This document shows positions 8,272 through 17,738 of a stretch of 32,334 bases of DNA, piece after piece. The position numbers were made by a program, and so were the translations under genes. The stretch covers positions 1-32,334 of the IMG/VR virus record IMGVR_UViG_3300032239_001053. One strand, 5' to 3'. The notes beneath the pieces are model-generated. The model worked only from the letters and a program-made list of their open reading frames with translations. It made no database searches and was not told where the DNA came from. This stretch comes from a virus (lineage: Duplodnaviria; Caudoviricetes). How positions within the stretch are numbered: position 1 is the stretch's first letter; each line of letters starts with the position of its first letter.

Positions 8272-8658
8272 ATGGAACAGAAGAACTTGGTAGAGATACC
8301 ACAAGATGTTGACTACGCGCTGCTTATTACCCTCAAAAGATTTGACGACGAGATTGAGGTGCGCGATTTTATAGTAAAGGGTGACGACTCTCGCCTGACT
8401 GTTGCCGCGATGGCTTTGGGAACCTACATGACCAAGATGAAGTTCTTCACTGGTCACCTGAACCCGTTCCTCGCTAGGTGGGCTGAAGCAATGTCGGGCA
8501 TTGTTGCGTTTGATCAACTGGAGTCGCTTCTCGACGCCACGTTTGAAATGATCAGGCGTGAGCAGGCCGCAAAGCAGGCGGTGATTGATGACGGCAACTA
8601 CGATCACGATTCGTTCTACGATGTGATGTACTGCAACAAGAGAAAGGAGCAGGAGTGA
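8272..8658 (+). CDS. Hypothetical protein
   Basis: 128-aa ORF with ATG within CATAAATACATG. Confidence 0.7.
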   Translation: MEQKNLVEIPQDVDYALLITLKRFDDEIEVRDFIVKGDDSRLTVAAMALGTYMTKMKFFTGHLNPFLARWAEAMSGIVAFDQLESLLDATFEMIRREQAAKQAVIDDGNYDHDSFYDVMYCNKRKEQE

Positions 8659-8873
8659 TGGATCCCTTCCGTAATTACGACGCGTGGCTTGAGCGCGATA
8701 ATCCTGCCAATGATCCGGAGCCCCCAGAATGCGACAAGTGTGGTCAGCATATGGAGTGGGAAGAAGACGCAGAACGCTGTGAAGAGACCGGCCGCGTAGT
8801 GTCGGCCGGTGGCTCGTGGAGCTGCATGAATCAAGATTGCGGCCTAGACAACGAAGACAGAAAACCAATGTAG
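8655..8873 (+). CDS. Small acidic Zn-ribbon protein
   Basis: YDAWLE...CDKCG...WSCMNQDC; GTGA overlap with the upstream stop. Confidence 0.65.
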   Translation: MMDPFRNYDAWLERDNPANDPEPPECDKCGQHMEWEEDAERCEETGRVVSAGGSWSCMNQDCGLDNEDRKPM

Positions 8874-8875
8874 CC

Positions 8876-9133
8876 ATGACCGACGAACAAAAGGAAAAAC
8901 ACCTTCGCCTCCTCGCGGAAGAGGAGCACATTCTGAATCACTTCACGCTGGCTGTGTTCAACGGTCTGCTTGTTGGTGAAACTTCCTCAATGTCTGACAA
9001 AGAGCTGGATGCGCTTGTCACGTTCTCCTGCAACGCCGCTGAGAAGCTGCTTGCAGAGAGGCAGTTTAGAACGGCGCAGAAAGCTGCGAAGACACAAGAA
9101 CTTCTGGACTACATCAGGCAGAAAAAAGCATGA
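8876..9133 (+). CDS. Hypothetical protein
   Basis: ATG 2 nt after the upstream stop (MTDEQKEK...); helical. Confidence 0.65.
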   Translation: MTDEQKEKHLRLLAEEEHILNHFTLAVFNGLLVGETSSMSDKELDALVTFSCNAAEKLLAERQFRTAQKAAKTQELLDYIRQKKA

Positions 9134-9384
9134 GCACCGCCGATCAAATCCTGAACGCAAAGCGCGTGTTGGACGAGGTTGCCGACGAGCCACACAAATG
9201 GTTCGTCTCAGCCGGTGGGTGGGGGGATGGGAAGTCCGTTTGCCTTTGGATGCAGTGCGGGTCGGTCGGCATGAAGATCGCCCGTTTTCAAAGTAAGGCG
9301 GCCGCCATAACCTTCATTCGAGACTTCAAGTTCCCTGTCTCTGACAGGGTGGAGATAATACTTAATCAAGAGGGAGCAAAATGA
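9130..9384 (+). CDS. Hypothetical protein
   Basis: ATGA overlaps at both ends. Confidence 0.65.
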   Translation: MSTADQILNAKRVLDEVADEPHKWFVSAGGWGDGKSVCLWMQCGSVGMKIARFQSKAAAITFIRDFKFPVSDRVEIILNQEGAK

Positions 9385-9668
9385 GCCAGAAGGAGAAATC
9401 GTTCGAGGAATTGGAAGCCCTGCTAATGGGCGTTAAAGAGCCTCCCCAGAGACAGGAGCTGTTTGCAGCTATACGAACTGATCGGGAACGAAATGACCTG
9501 CGCCAAAGAGCAGCAATTGCGGCAATGGCGGCGATGCTGTCCCATCCAAAGTCGGAAAACTGGACGGCTGACGAAACCGTCATTGACGCAGTGATGTACG
9601 CAGACCTTTTGCTTCAAGCGTTGGATTGCAAGAAACTTAGGAATGCCAACAAACTAGACCTGAAATGA
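9381..9668 (+). CDS. Hypothetical phage protein
   Basis: AAIAAMAAMLSHP...AVMYADLLLQAL motif; ATGA overlaps. Confidence 0.7.
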   Translation: MSQKEKSFEELEALLMGVKEPPQRQELFAAIRTDRERNDLRQRAAIAAMAAMLSHPKSENWTADETVIDAVMYADLLLQALDCKKLRNANKLDLK

Positions 9669-10165
9669 ATCAAGAGATGCACGACAAAATAAAGTTCTTG
9701 GAAAGCCAGATTGCGAGCCTGAGCCAAGATGTAAAGAGGTTGAAGGATTCCCAATGGGAGCCATGGGAAACCAAAGAGATGCTCGATGCGGAGTTCGAGG
9801 TCATCAAAAAGTACGCAAAGCACAAAGGCGTGTATGCATCGAAGTTGCCAATGAAATACCGCCTAGACTATGGCGTGTATGTTGGCGATAGGCTGATGGA
9901 GCTTGTTGAAATTAAGTGTCGGAAAAAGTCCATAGAAAGATATCCGACGCTTTGCCTCAGTCTTGATAAGGTGATGCTTGGTATGGAGTTGTCTAAAGTT
10001 GCCAAAGTGCCGTTTGTGCTTCTGATTCAGTGGACTGACGCGATTGGCTATACCGAGAACTTCAATGACAGCTTTGCTGCTCTGGGAGGATGGGAAACCA
10101 AAGATAAGGAGACCGATCAGGAACCTATGTTCCACGTCCCGATCAAGAACTTCATCCTCATCTAG
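9665..10165 (+). CDS. PD-(D/E)XK-superfamily nuclease-like protein
   Basis: YRLDY...LVEIKCR gives the D...ExK signature. Confidence 0.65.
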   Translation: MNQEMHDKIKFLESQIASLSQDVKRLKDSQWEPWETKEMLDAEFEVIKKYAKHKGVYASKLPMKYRLDYGVYVGDRLMELVEIKCRKKSIERYPTLCLSLDKVMLGMELSKVAKVPFVLLIQWTDAIGYTENFNDSFAALGGWETKDKETDQEPMFHVPIKNFILI

Positions 10166-10166
10166 T

Positions 10167-10856
10167 ATGCGCCTGCATTTCTCGAACTCGAACCGATACC
10201 TCAAGTCCGCGTGGACGTTCAATTTACCGTCTGGGTTTTCATGCCCAGCGGCAATTGAATGCCTTACGCTTGTGAATCGGGAAACTGGGAAAATGCAGTC
10301 AAACCCAGAGAGGAAATTCCCATGCTACTCAGCCATGGGTGAGAGGTATCCGGCCGTCAGGAAAGCTGTGTGGGACAACCTCGACGCCCTTAGGGGCTGC
10401 AAAGGAGATTCAGGCAAGATGGCCGACCTGATCAACTCTCAGTTCCCAGACAAAGCGACGCATTTTAGAATTCACTCAGGAGGAGATTTCTTCTCCCAAA
10501 GGTACTTTGATGCGTGGCTGGAAGTGGTGACAAAACGCCCGAATGTTGTGTTCTGGGCGTTCACCAAGTCTGTAAACTATTGGGTGGATAGGCTGGGGTT
10601 GATCCCTGAGAACCTGAACCTCACTGCGTCCTACGGAGGGCTGCACGACTACCTGATAGAAAAGCACGCTCTCAAATATTGCCGCGTGTACTCCACGATG
10701 GAGCAGGTGATCGCGTCGGGCCTGCCACTCGACGACAACGACCTCCTCGCAAGTACCAGCACAAAACCTTTTGCGCTGCTGCTCAACTCCACAAAAGCAA
10801 AGATGAAAAAGAAGGGCACGTTCGATGAAGGACTACAAAAAACCAAAGGAAGATAA
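10167..10856 (+). CDS. GP88-family (radical-SAM-like) protein
   Basis: FNLPSGFSCPAAIEC...CYSA...FRIHSGGDFFSQRYFDAW...FWAFTKS...NLTAS matches the phage gene-product-88 pattern. Confidence 0.75.
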   Translation: MRLHFSNSNRYLKSAWTFNLPSGFSCPAAIECLTLVNRETGKMQSNPERKFPCYSAMGERYPAVRKAVWDNLDALRGCKGDSGKMADLINSQFPDKATHFRIHSGGDFFSQRYFDAWLEVVTKRPNVVFWAFTKSVNYWVDRLGLIPENLNLTASYGGLHDYLIEKHALKYCRVYSTMEQVIASGLPLDDNDLLASTSTKPFALLLNSTKAKMKKKGTFDEGLQKTKGR

Positions 10857-11043
10857 GGAACCAAAACCAAGAAAGTTACACCGGTGCGGGCACATTGATT
10901 ACACGCCCTCTTGCTTAGGAGCCCCGCCGGTCTACGTTCGTTGTGACGTCTTAACCTCAAAAAGCATCAAACTACACAATGGCCAAAAAATCCACGTTTG
11001 CTCAACTCACGAGCGAAGATACGCCACAACGGAACCGGCTTGA
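10825..11043 (+). CDS. Possible small basic Cys/His protein
   Basis: 72 aa with C/H residues. It fills the gap between GP88 and ParB but overlaps its neighbours. Confidence 0.4.
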   Translation: MKDYKKPKEDKEPKPRKLHRCGHIDYTPSCLGAPPVYVRCDVLTSKSIKLHNGQKIHVCSTHERRYATTEPA

Positions 11044-11527
11044 GGTGCAAATGCTGAAGGTCTCCGATCTTCAGCCGTATACCGGAAACGCCCGCCGCCA
11101 CTCGAAAGAGCAGGTGGACGCGCTCAAGAACAGCATCACCCACTTTGGGTTCACAAACCCAGTGCTGGCGACGCCGTCGGGGCAGATCATCGCGGGGCAT
11201 GGGCGCATTCAGGCCGCAACGGAGCTTGGCATCGAGTTGGTGCCGGTGATCGTGCTGCACGACTTGACCCAAGCTCAGATTCGAGCCTACACCATTGCAG
11301 ACAACCAGCTCCCGAATATGGCGAGCTGGGACTTTGACGTGCTGGCGGCCGAGATTGACGCGCTCAACGACGCGGATTTCGATTTGAGCCTGCTGGGCTT
11401 TTCAAAAGAGGAGCTTGACGATATGATCGGTTCACCTGCAATTCCGCCTGAAGAGGAGGAAAAGCCGGAAAAAGAACCGTCAGAGACGTGCATTTGCCCC
11501 AAGTGTCACCACGAATTCGTTCCATAA
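10979..11527 (+). CDS. ParB/Srx N-terminal domain protein with a C-terminal Zn ribbon
   Basis: LQPYTGNARRHS...SITHFGFTNPVL...IIAGHGRIQAA...YTIADN...WD; ends CPKCHHEF. Alternative start at 11051. Confidence 0.88.
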   Translation: MAKKSTFAQLTSEDTPQRNRLEVQMLKVSDLQPYTGNARRHSKEQVDALKNSITHFGFTNPVLATPSGQIIAGHGRIQAATELGIELVPVIVLHDLTQAQIRAYTIADNQLPNMASWDFDVLAAEIDALNDADFDLSLLGFSKEELDDMIGSPAIPPEEEEKPEKEPSETCICPKCHHEFVP

Positions 11528-11528
11528 T

Positions 11529-12107
11529 ATGGCCAAACCCATCATCGGTCTCGTTCCGCCGTCAGGCTGGCATTACTTCCAGTCTGACGTCCGCCTCGAC
11601 GCGTACAGCTACCCTGAGTTGCTGAAAACCGTCGAGCGGTATCGGGCCGAAAACCATCTACCGGCCGGTGATGTTGAAGGCGACGTGAACAGCTACCTGT
11701 GCTCGTCGTGGCCAAAGAACTGCCATGGGGTTGATATGGTGGCGATCACGAGCGTGACGCCACCTACATCAACCACAGAGCTGATGAACGACGTGACGCA
11801 GTGGGCGAAAAACATCCTGCAATCCACAGACCCTGTGCCGCTAGTCACAGACGACCTAGCAGAGCAGCGGGCAAAGCTGTGCCGAGGATGCCCGCAAAAC
11901 GTCAACTGGAGGGGCGGCTGCTCGTCCTGCATCGTGGCCGCCGACCGCCTGTGTGCGTCGGTGCGTCAGGCGCGGGACACTGCAAGCAGCCCCGTATTGG
12001 GAGGGTGCCGGTTAATGCGGCACGACAACCGGACGGCCATTTTTTTAGATCGAGGCGTACTTCAGAAAGCAAGCAACCTCCCAGACTATTGCTGGGTGAC
12101 GATTTAA
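11529..12107 (+). CDS. Cys-rich hypothetical protein coupled to the portal gene
   Basis: PPSGWHY...RAKLCRGCPQN...CSSC...C...C; TAATATG junctions on both sides. Confidence 0.75.
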   Translation: MAKPIIGLVPPSGWHYFQSDVRLDAYSYPELLKTVERYRAENHLPAGDVEGDVNSYLCSSWPKNCHGVDMVAITSVTPPTSTTELMNDVTQWAKNILQSTDPVPLVTDDLAEQRAKLCRGCPQNVNWRGGCSSCIVAADRLCASVRQARDTASSPVLGGCRLMRHDNRTAIFLDRGVLQKASNLPDYCWVTI

Positions 12108-12108
12108 T

Positions 12109-14520
12109 ATGGCCACAAAACCCTTCGACCCACGCATCACAGACCAATACGCGGACAAAGCACCGCGCATTCAGGATCACCACGAAAAGCCACGGATTCT
12201 GAATCTGGAGGTGCGTGACCCGTCGAACGGGAACACCGATACAATTGATGAAAAAACCCTGCAAGTGCGTCGCACGTTTAAGGACGCAAATCAGGCGCAT
12301 TCCGCGTACCGGCGACTGAAACAACAGAACGTCGAGCGGAACAGGAAAAACCAACTCATTCAGAAGAAGCTCAATAATGAAACACCGTACCAGCCCAAGA
12401 AGCTCGACAGCATGGGGCAAAATTGGCGTAGCAACCGCCCTACTGGGTTTCTCAGTACTATGTGTTCTCGCCTGCAACCTCCGTTCAGGCAGATCATTGA
12501 ACAGGCGGCGAGCCTGACATTCACAAAATACCCAGTCGATGGGATTGATTCCGAGCACAAGACCAAGACCTTTCGGGATTCCATCACCAAGTGCATCAGG
12601 GGATGGCATGGGTTTGACGATTTGCTTGCCCAGACCGTTCACGAGAACACAGTGTTTGGGTTCTGCGCGTGGAGCTGGGACGACCTACGCGACTGGAAGC
12701 CAGAGTTTTGCAGGCAGGATTACACGTTCTTCTCGATTGAGACGCCCCAGACCGTAGACGCCACGCCAATCTGGGCAAAGAAGCGGCGGTATCAAATCGC
12801 AGAGCTGCTTCCAATCCTCGAAAACGAGGAGATGAGCATCATGGCGGGCTGGCACATTAAGAATCTCGTCAAAGCCATAAACAACGCCATTCCGGCCGGT
12901 CGCACGCTCGATGCGGATGACGACGCACGAAGATATGAAGACTGGATGAGGGAGGGGAGTTATGGGGCTAGCTACGAGAATGACGCAAAGTACGTTGAGC
13001 TGGGGGAGATATTGGTTAAGGAGCCGCATGGCAAGATTAGCCGGTTCTTGTTCGATGATAAGAGTGGAGACGAAATCTGCACCCAGATCGACCGGTACAA
13101 CAAAATGAGCGAAAGCCTCGCCCTGTTCTCTGTTGAGATCGGGTCGGGGAACTTGATGAGTTCGAGGGGAGCGGGGCGAGACCTGTATAACACCCACGTC
13201 GCGGTCGATAAGGCGCGGAATCTGGTGATAGACAACTCGTATTTGAAGGGGCTCCTGCTTATCAAGAAAGGCCCGACGGCGAAACCTAACATTGCGCCCC
13301 TTACCGTTAACCATCCGGTGGCTTTGATAAGCGATGGGTACGAGGTCATCCCGCAATCTTTACCGGCGGACATTGAAGACTTCCTAAAGCTCGACCAGTT
13401 TGTTTCCAACCTCGCAGAAATCCAAGTTGGGACGTTCCTGCCTTCCGCGCCTGTGGAAACGCAGGGGAGCAAAAAGACCGCCTCCGAGGTCAACCGCGTG
13501 GCGGCGATTGAAAACCAGCTAAGGCAGGGCGTGCTGATGCGATTCTCGCGCCAGTTCAGTCAGGGCGTCGAGCGAATGCAGCGCGGCATCTGCCACCCTG
13601 AGCACATCAAAGCGGCGGCCGACCTGAAGGCGAAGATGGATATCGTGCGCCAGACAGAGCATGGGGCCATCTGGGCGCGTAGAGAGGTCGTGGACGCCTT
13701 CGACAAGTCGAGCATGGAACTTCCTCCGTTCCTGATCCCATTTGAAGTGCCGGAGCATCTCGACGAAGACGCAATTCAGTGCTGCTTTGAGATGCTGGAT
13801 AAGAACCTACCGCCGTCCGATATTCTACTGCTTGCGTACAGCCCCGCGTCGGAACTGCTGCCTGACACTACGGCGCAGGACAATCAAATGCTCGACCTCT
13901 TGATTCAGAGGTACGCCGGAAACCCAAACATCAACCAAGACGCGTTGATGAAATTGGACTGGGTGAAAAAGATGGGCGAGAGCATCGCGAACGAAGTCAT
14001 TCTTCCGAAAGACCAAGTTGAGGCGATTGCGATTGAGGCGACGCGTCAGCAGATTATTGAACTGCAATCCATCATCGCCGGTCAGGACGTTCCAGTCTCG
14101 CCAAGAGACAACGACAAAGTGCATCTGGATACGCTTCTGCAAAAGCTCATGCCTCTTATGCAGAGCGCACCGGCCGGTGGGTTGACTCCGGAGCTTGTCG
14201 CGCCGATTGCAAAGGCGATGGAGCATTTCGCAATGCACGTTCAGGCCGCTCAAGCAAAAGGCATGAACCCTCAGGAGGTCGCTCAGTACACGCAGGCGTA
14301 CAAGATGGCGCATCAGCACCTCACTGCTGGGCATGGGACGCCGCCACCTCCGGACATTGCACCGGCGGCCGCGCACCATAGAGGTGGAGGTGGAGGCGGC
14401 CACAGGATGACCGGCGCAGCAGTCAGGGAAACAGGAAGCGCGTATGCAAACGCGCATCCAACGCAGGCTGGCATCATCGACCAAACTGCAAATCCTCCCC
14501 GCCCGCCGACCGCTTTCTAA
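12109..14520 (+). CDS. Probable portal protein
   Basis: 803 aa between TerL and the scaffold/MCP genes. It has a KTASEV motif (TATE-like in portals) and a helical, low-complexity C-terminus. Function is inferred mainly from synteny. Confidence 0.7.
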   Translation: MATKPFDPRITDQYADKAPRIQDHHEKPRILNLEVRDPSNGNTDTIDEKTLQVRRTFKDANQAHSAYRRLKQQNVERNRKNQLIQKKLNNETPYQPKKLDSMGQNWRSNRPTGFLSTMCSRLQPPFRQIIEQAASLTFTKYPVDGIDSEHKTKTFRDSITKCIRGWHGFDDLLAQTVHENTVFGFCAWSWDDLRDWKPEFCRQDYTFFSIETPQTVDATPIWAKKRRYQIAELLPILENEEMSIMAGWHIKNLVKAINNAIPAGRTLDADDDARRYEDWMREGSYGASYENDAKYVELGEILVKEPHGKISRFLFDDKSGDEICTQIDRYNKMSESLALFSVEIGSGNLMSSRGAGRDLYNTHVAVDKARNLVIDNSYLKGLLLIKKGPTAKPNIAPLTVNHPVALISDGYEVIPQSLPADIEDFLKLDQFVSNLAEIQVGTFLPSAPVETQGSKKTASEVNRVAAIENQLRQGVLMRFSRQFSQGVERMQRGICHPEHIKAAADLKAKMDIVRQTEHGAIWARREVVDAFDKSSMELPPFLIPFEVPEHLDEDAIQCCFEMLDKNLPPSDILLLAYSPASELLPDTTAQDNQMLDLLIQRYAGNPNINQDALMKLDWVKKMGESIANEVILPKDQVEAIAIEATRQQIIELQSIIAGQDVPVSPRDNDKVHLDTLLQKLMPLMQSAPAGGLTPELVAPIAKAMEHFAMHVQAAQAKGMNPQEVAQYTQAYKMAHQHLTAGHGTPPPPDIAPAAAHHRGGGGGGHRMTGAAVRETGSAYANAHPTQAGIIDQTANPPRPPTAF

Positions 14521-14523
14521 GCT

Positions 14524-14760
14524 ATGTTCACCGAACAAGACCGCGCACAATTTAGGAGCTACTACCGCCAGAGCGGCGGGAGGCTCCTGCAACATCTCAG
14601 AGAGAATGTGCCCCCGTTACTGGGCACGACGATTGAGGCTGTGGCATTGGAGGCCAAGCATAAGGAAGGGTGCGAGCGCATCATCCAAGTGCTGGAGGAT
14701 ATGCTGTCAGAAAAACCGCAAGCAGATGAAGGTGCCTCCGGCAACTTCACCTCAATGTAA
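14524..14760 (+). CDS. Small head-module hypothetical protein
   Basis: 78-aa helical ORF between the portal and scaffold genes. Confidence 0.7.
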   Translation: MFTEQDRAQFRSYYRQSGGRLLQHLRENVPPLLGTTIEAVALEAKHKEGCERIIQVLEDMLSEKPQADEGASGNFTSM

Positions 14761-14808
14761 CATTAACCACCATAAATAAATACATGAAAGCAAAACTATA
14801 CATACACT

Positions 14809-16092
14809 ATGCCCAACGAAAACGACTTGGAAGTGCCAGAAAGCACTGTGACGAACCCAGCGGGAAACGCACCTAGCCTAGACGCAGACAAACCATCGCA
14901 GAACGATCTCGATATGATCGATTCTGCGTTAGATGCAGCGGACATCGGTTCGGACACAGGTCTGGACATTTCTCAGGACAATTCTGGCCAGTTTTCAAGA
15001 AACACAGGTCAAGAACCCGTTCAGCAACAACAGCCTGCGAGGAATCCCGACGGGACATTTTCTGGGACAAATACTGGGACACAGCAGGCTCCGGATCTCG
15101 ACCCAGAGATAGCGGCCATCCCAATGCCTCCGAACATGTCGGAGAAGCAGCAGAGCAATTGGAGGAAGCTCGCTGAAAGCGCAAGCGTCGCCAAGCGTCA
15201 GGCGGCCGAGGCTGAGATATTGCGTCAGCGTCTCGCTGAAGTGGAGCAGCAGAGACAGCTCCCAGACGATTACGAAGAACTGAAGAGGTTCCGTAGCACG
15301 TTTGACCTCAAGAACGACCCGTCCTTCAAGCAGAAGTACGACGAGCCGATCAAGAATTTCTCCAACGGAATCTACAACCTGTTGCGGAAGCACCGCGCCA
15401 GCGACGACGTCATCAAATCGATTGAAGACGCCGGTGGGCCAAGCAAAGTTGCCAAGTCGTGGTGGAAGAAAAACATCATCGACAAGCTGGCGAACACCGA
15501 CGACGGATTCGTGGACGCACGACGGCTGGAGCAGTCTTTGGTCAACCTCGAAGACTGGGAGTCGGCCAAAGAGCAAGACTTGCAGATGGCCACGCAGAAC
15601 CAGTCTGAATGGGTGCGTCAGCGCGAGTTTGAGGCACAGCAGCGCGAGGAGCAGGAGTACGGCCAGATTAACGACTACGTCGAAAACATCACCATGAATG
15701 TGCCATGGGCTCGTTTTCAGGAGATCCCGCCCAATGCGACGCCCGACCAGATTGCCAGAATCCAACGTCACAACGCTGGCGTGAGCGATTTGGCTGATAA
15801 ATTTAACTCAGCACTGGCTCCTCAGACCGCTCAGGAAAGGGCCGCTGTGGCCGCTGCTGCGACGTTGTCGCACGTCGTGACAAGCCAGCTCCGTATTGAG
15901 CAGGCAAACATGGCAAAGCTCCAACAGCAGCTTCAGGCATTGCAGCGCGAGAATTCGTCACTGAAATCTTCCGGCCGGATGCCAAAGACAACGGTGCAGG
16001 GACAGATGTCGAGCCGCTCTAGCATGAGCGACCGGATCAAAATGTCCGCGTCGGACGCAATCGACTTGGGGCTTGATGAGGCTGGAATTTAA
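14809..16092 (+). CDS. Probable capsid scaffolding protein
   Basis: Acidic disordered N-terminus with RNPDGTF and long Q/E/A coiled coils, upstream of the MCP gene. Confidence 0.65.
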   Translation: MPNENDLEVPESTVTNPAGNAPSLDADKPSQNDLDMIDSALDAADIGSDTGLDISQDNSGQFSRNTGQEPVQQQQPARNPDGTFSGTNTGTQQAPDLDPEIAAIPMPPNMSEKQQSNWRKLAESASVAKRQAAEAEILRQRLAEVEQQRQLPDDYEELKRFRSTFDLKNDPSFKQKYDEPIKNFSNGIYNLLRKHRASDDVIKSIEDAGGPSKVAKSWWKKNIIDKLANTDDGFVDARRLEQSLVNLEDWESAKEQDLQMATQNQSEWVRQREFEAQQREEQEYGQINDYVENITMNVPWARFQEIPPNATPDQIARIQRHNAGVSDLADKFNSALAPQTAQERAAVAAAATLSHVVTSQLRIEQANMAKLQQQLQALQRENSSLKSSGRMPKTTVQGQMSSRSSMSDRIKMSASDAIDLGLDEAGI

Positions 16093-16095
16093 TCC

Positions 16096-17136
16096 ATGGA
16101 AACAAAAGTATCTCCCATGGAGGAACGAACGCTCAACGCGCTCGATTCTGCAAACCCATTTCAGACTCCTATTCGCCCTCCAGCCAGCCTAGACGGTCGG
16201 CCGGTTGCAAGCGTCGAGGTGAAGCCTCCGGCGGCTAAAATGCCGGTGGAGCCTCCGGTTGAAGATCCAAACATCGACGTCGCCACCGAGGACGGTGATA
16301 CGGAACGGACGCCTGAGCCCGCCGAGTTTAAGCGCAAGCGTGGCAGGCCAGCCAAAGCAGCTCTTGAGGACGTTCCCGCCGAGGTGCCTATTGAGCCGGA
16401 GGAAAATCCGATCACGCAGTCTCACGACAAGAACGGAATGCCATCCTACCGGTGCGAATTTGCCGGTCGGGACATTTTTATCGGGAAATGCGTACACCGG
16501 ACTATCAATGTGGTCACGTCGGACGCTATCAACGCCATGCTGCAAGACTTTGGAAAAGACAGGATCCGGACGGACACTGTTCTTGGTGACGCGATGATCT
16601 ACCACGCCAGAAACATCATGGCGCAGCGGTTTCTGGAAACCGACTCCAAGTGGCTGTTCTTCATTGATGACGACATAGTGCCATCAATTGGACGGGCCGC
16701 TTGGTTTCGCTCGTGGTTTCCGTCCGAGGCCAAAACGCCTGACGAGCCATTGCAGCGGCATCTGCTGCACCGGCTGATAGGATCAGGCAAGACGCTCATT
16801 GGAGGGGCGTATTTCGGCCGCAGGGACGGTAGCGGGCTAATGTGTAGCGACCAGTCGCTTGCCTCCCATGCGCGGGCGTACTCCGACAAGATTGCGCCGG
16901 TGGACTGGGTGGGCACTGGAGCCATGATGATTCACCGGCGAGTGTTTGACGATATTCGGGAAAAGTTTCCGGAGCTTGCACCTATGCAGGCCGGTCAGCC
17001 GTTCGATTATTTCAGGCCGCTTGGGCATCCAAAAGGCGAGGACGTTTCGTTTTGTGAACGAGCCAAGAAAGCGGGGCACCAGTGTTTCATCGACTTAGGG
17101 ACGCCTGTAAAGCACGTCGGATTCAAAGCCTACTGA
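16096..17136 (+). CDS. GT-A fold (GT2-like) glycosyltransferase with a disordered N-terminus
   Basis: IYHARN...FL...WLFFIDDD (DxD), WVGTGAMMIHRRVF, GEDVSFCERA..G..CFID....H.G. Confidence 0.8.
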   Translation: METKVSPMEERTLNALDSANPFQTPIRPPASLDGRPVASVEVKPPAAKMPVEPPVEDPNIDVATEDGDTERTPEPAEFKRKRGRPAKAALEDVPAEVPIEPEENPITQSHDKNGMPSYRCEFAGRDIFIGKCVHRTINVVTSDAINAMLQDFGKDRIRTDTVLGDAMIYHARNIMAQRFLETDSKWLFFIDDDIVPSIGRAAWFRSWFPSEAKTPDEPLQRHLLHRLIGSGKTLIGGAYFGRRDGSGLMCSDQSLASHARAYSDKIAPVDWVGTGAMMIHRRVFDDIREKFPELAPMQAGQPFDYFRPLGHPKGEDVSFCERAKKAGHQCFIDLGTPVKHVGFKAY

Positions 17137-17139
17137 TAC

Positions 17140-17736
17140 ATGAAAAAAATATTCTCCTTTTACCAATCTGTTCCAACAGACGATCAAGCTGAAGAGTTCG
17201 GGTGCGCTAACTGGTGGAAAACATCGTGGGCCGCAAATGGGTGGGAGCCGGTGATGCTTAACCGGTCTCACGCTCAGGCCAGCTCATTGTACAACAAACT
17301 ACAGCAAAAGCTGGCAAAGGCGGTGATGGGCCACCAATCACTGGTGCCACTGACGCCATACATCCATGCGCGGTACACGCGTTGGTGCGCTTTGGATGCC
17401 GCTGGCGGCGGTTGGATGAGCGACTACGGCGTCCTAAACCTAAGTATGACTCCGGCGGACGCAGATGCTATCTCCAAAAAGACGCTGCTTGTGAACAGCG
17501 GGCCTGCCTACTTGGTGTACGCCACAAAAGAGCACGTCACGTCTGCCATTCGACGATTCCTGAACGAAGACTTGACGGAATCCGGCCGCGTTTTGGCTGA
17601 GTGTGACGTGCTGGGTATTGAGCCGGTGACGTTTGATCAGGTGGCTCATGTTCAAAAAGATTCCGGAAAAAGCAGGTCGGAAAAAATGCGAGAGCTATTT
17701 GAAACGACTTGCCACAACGAAACTGTTGTGTCATAA
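17140..17736 (+). CDS. Possible glycosyltransferase-like protein (GT32-like, degenerate DxD)
   Basis: WKTSWAANGWEP...RWCAL...GGGWMSDYGV resembles the R...L...GG.Y.D.D sugar-binding region. Confidence 0.5.
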   Translation: MKKIFSFYQSVPTDDQAEEFGCANWWKTSWAANGWEPVMLNRSHAQASSLYNKLQQKLAKAVMGHQSLVPLTPYIHARYTRWCALDAAGGGWMSDYGVLNLSMTPADADAISKKTLLVNSGPAYLVYATKEHVTSAIRRFLNEDLTESGRVLAECDVLGIEPVTFDQVAHVQKDSGKSRSEKMRELFETTCHNETVVS

Positions 17737-17738
17737 GC

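Noticed and set aside
10979-11527. ParABS plasmid-prophage partition system
   Set aside because: No ParA and no HTH/parS-binding domain. It matches the terminase-associated ParB-N type.
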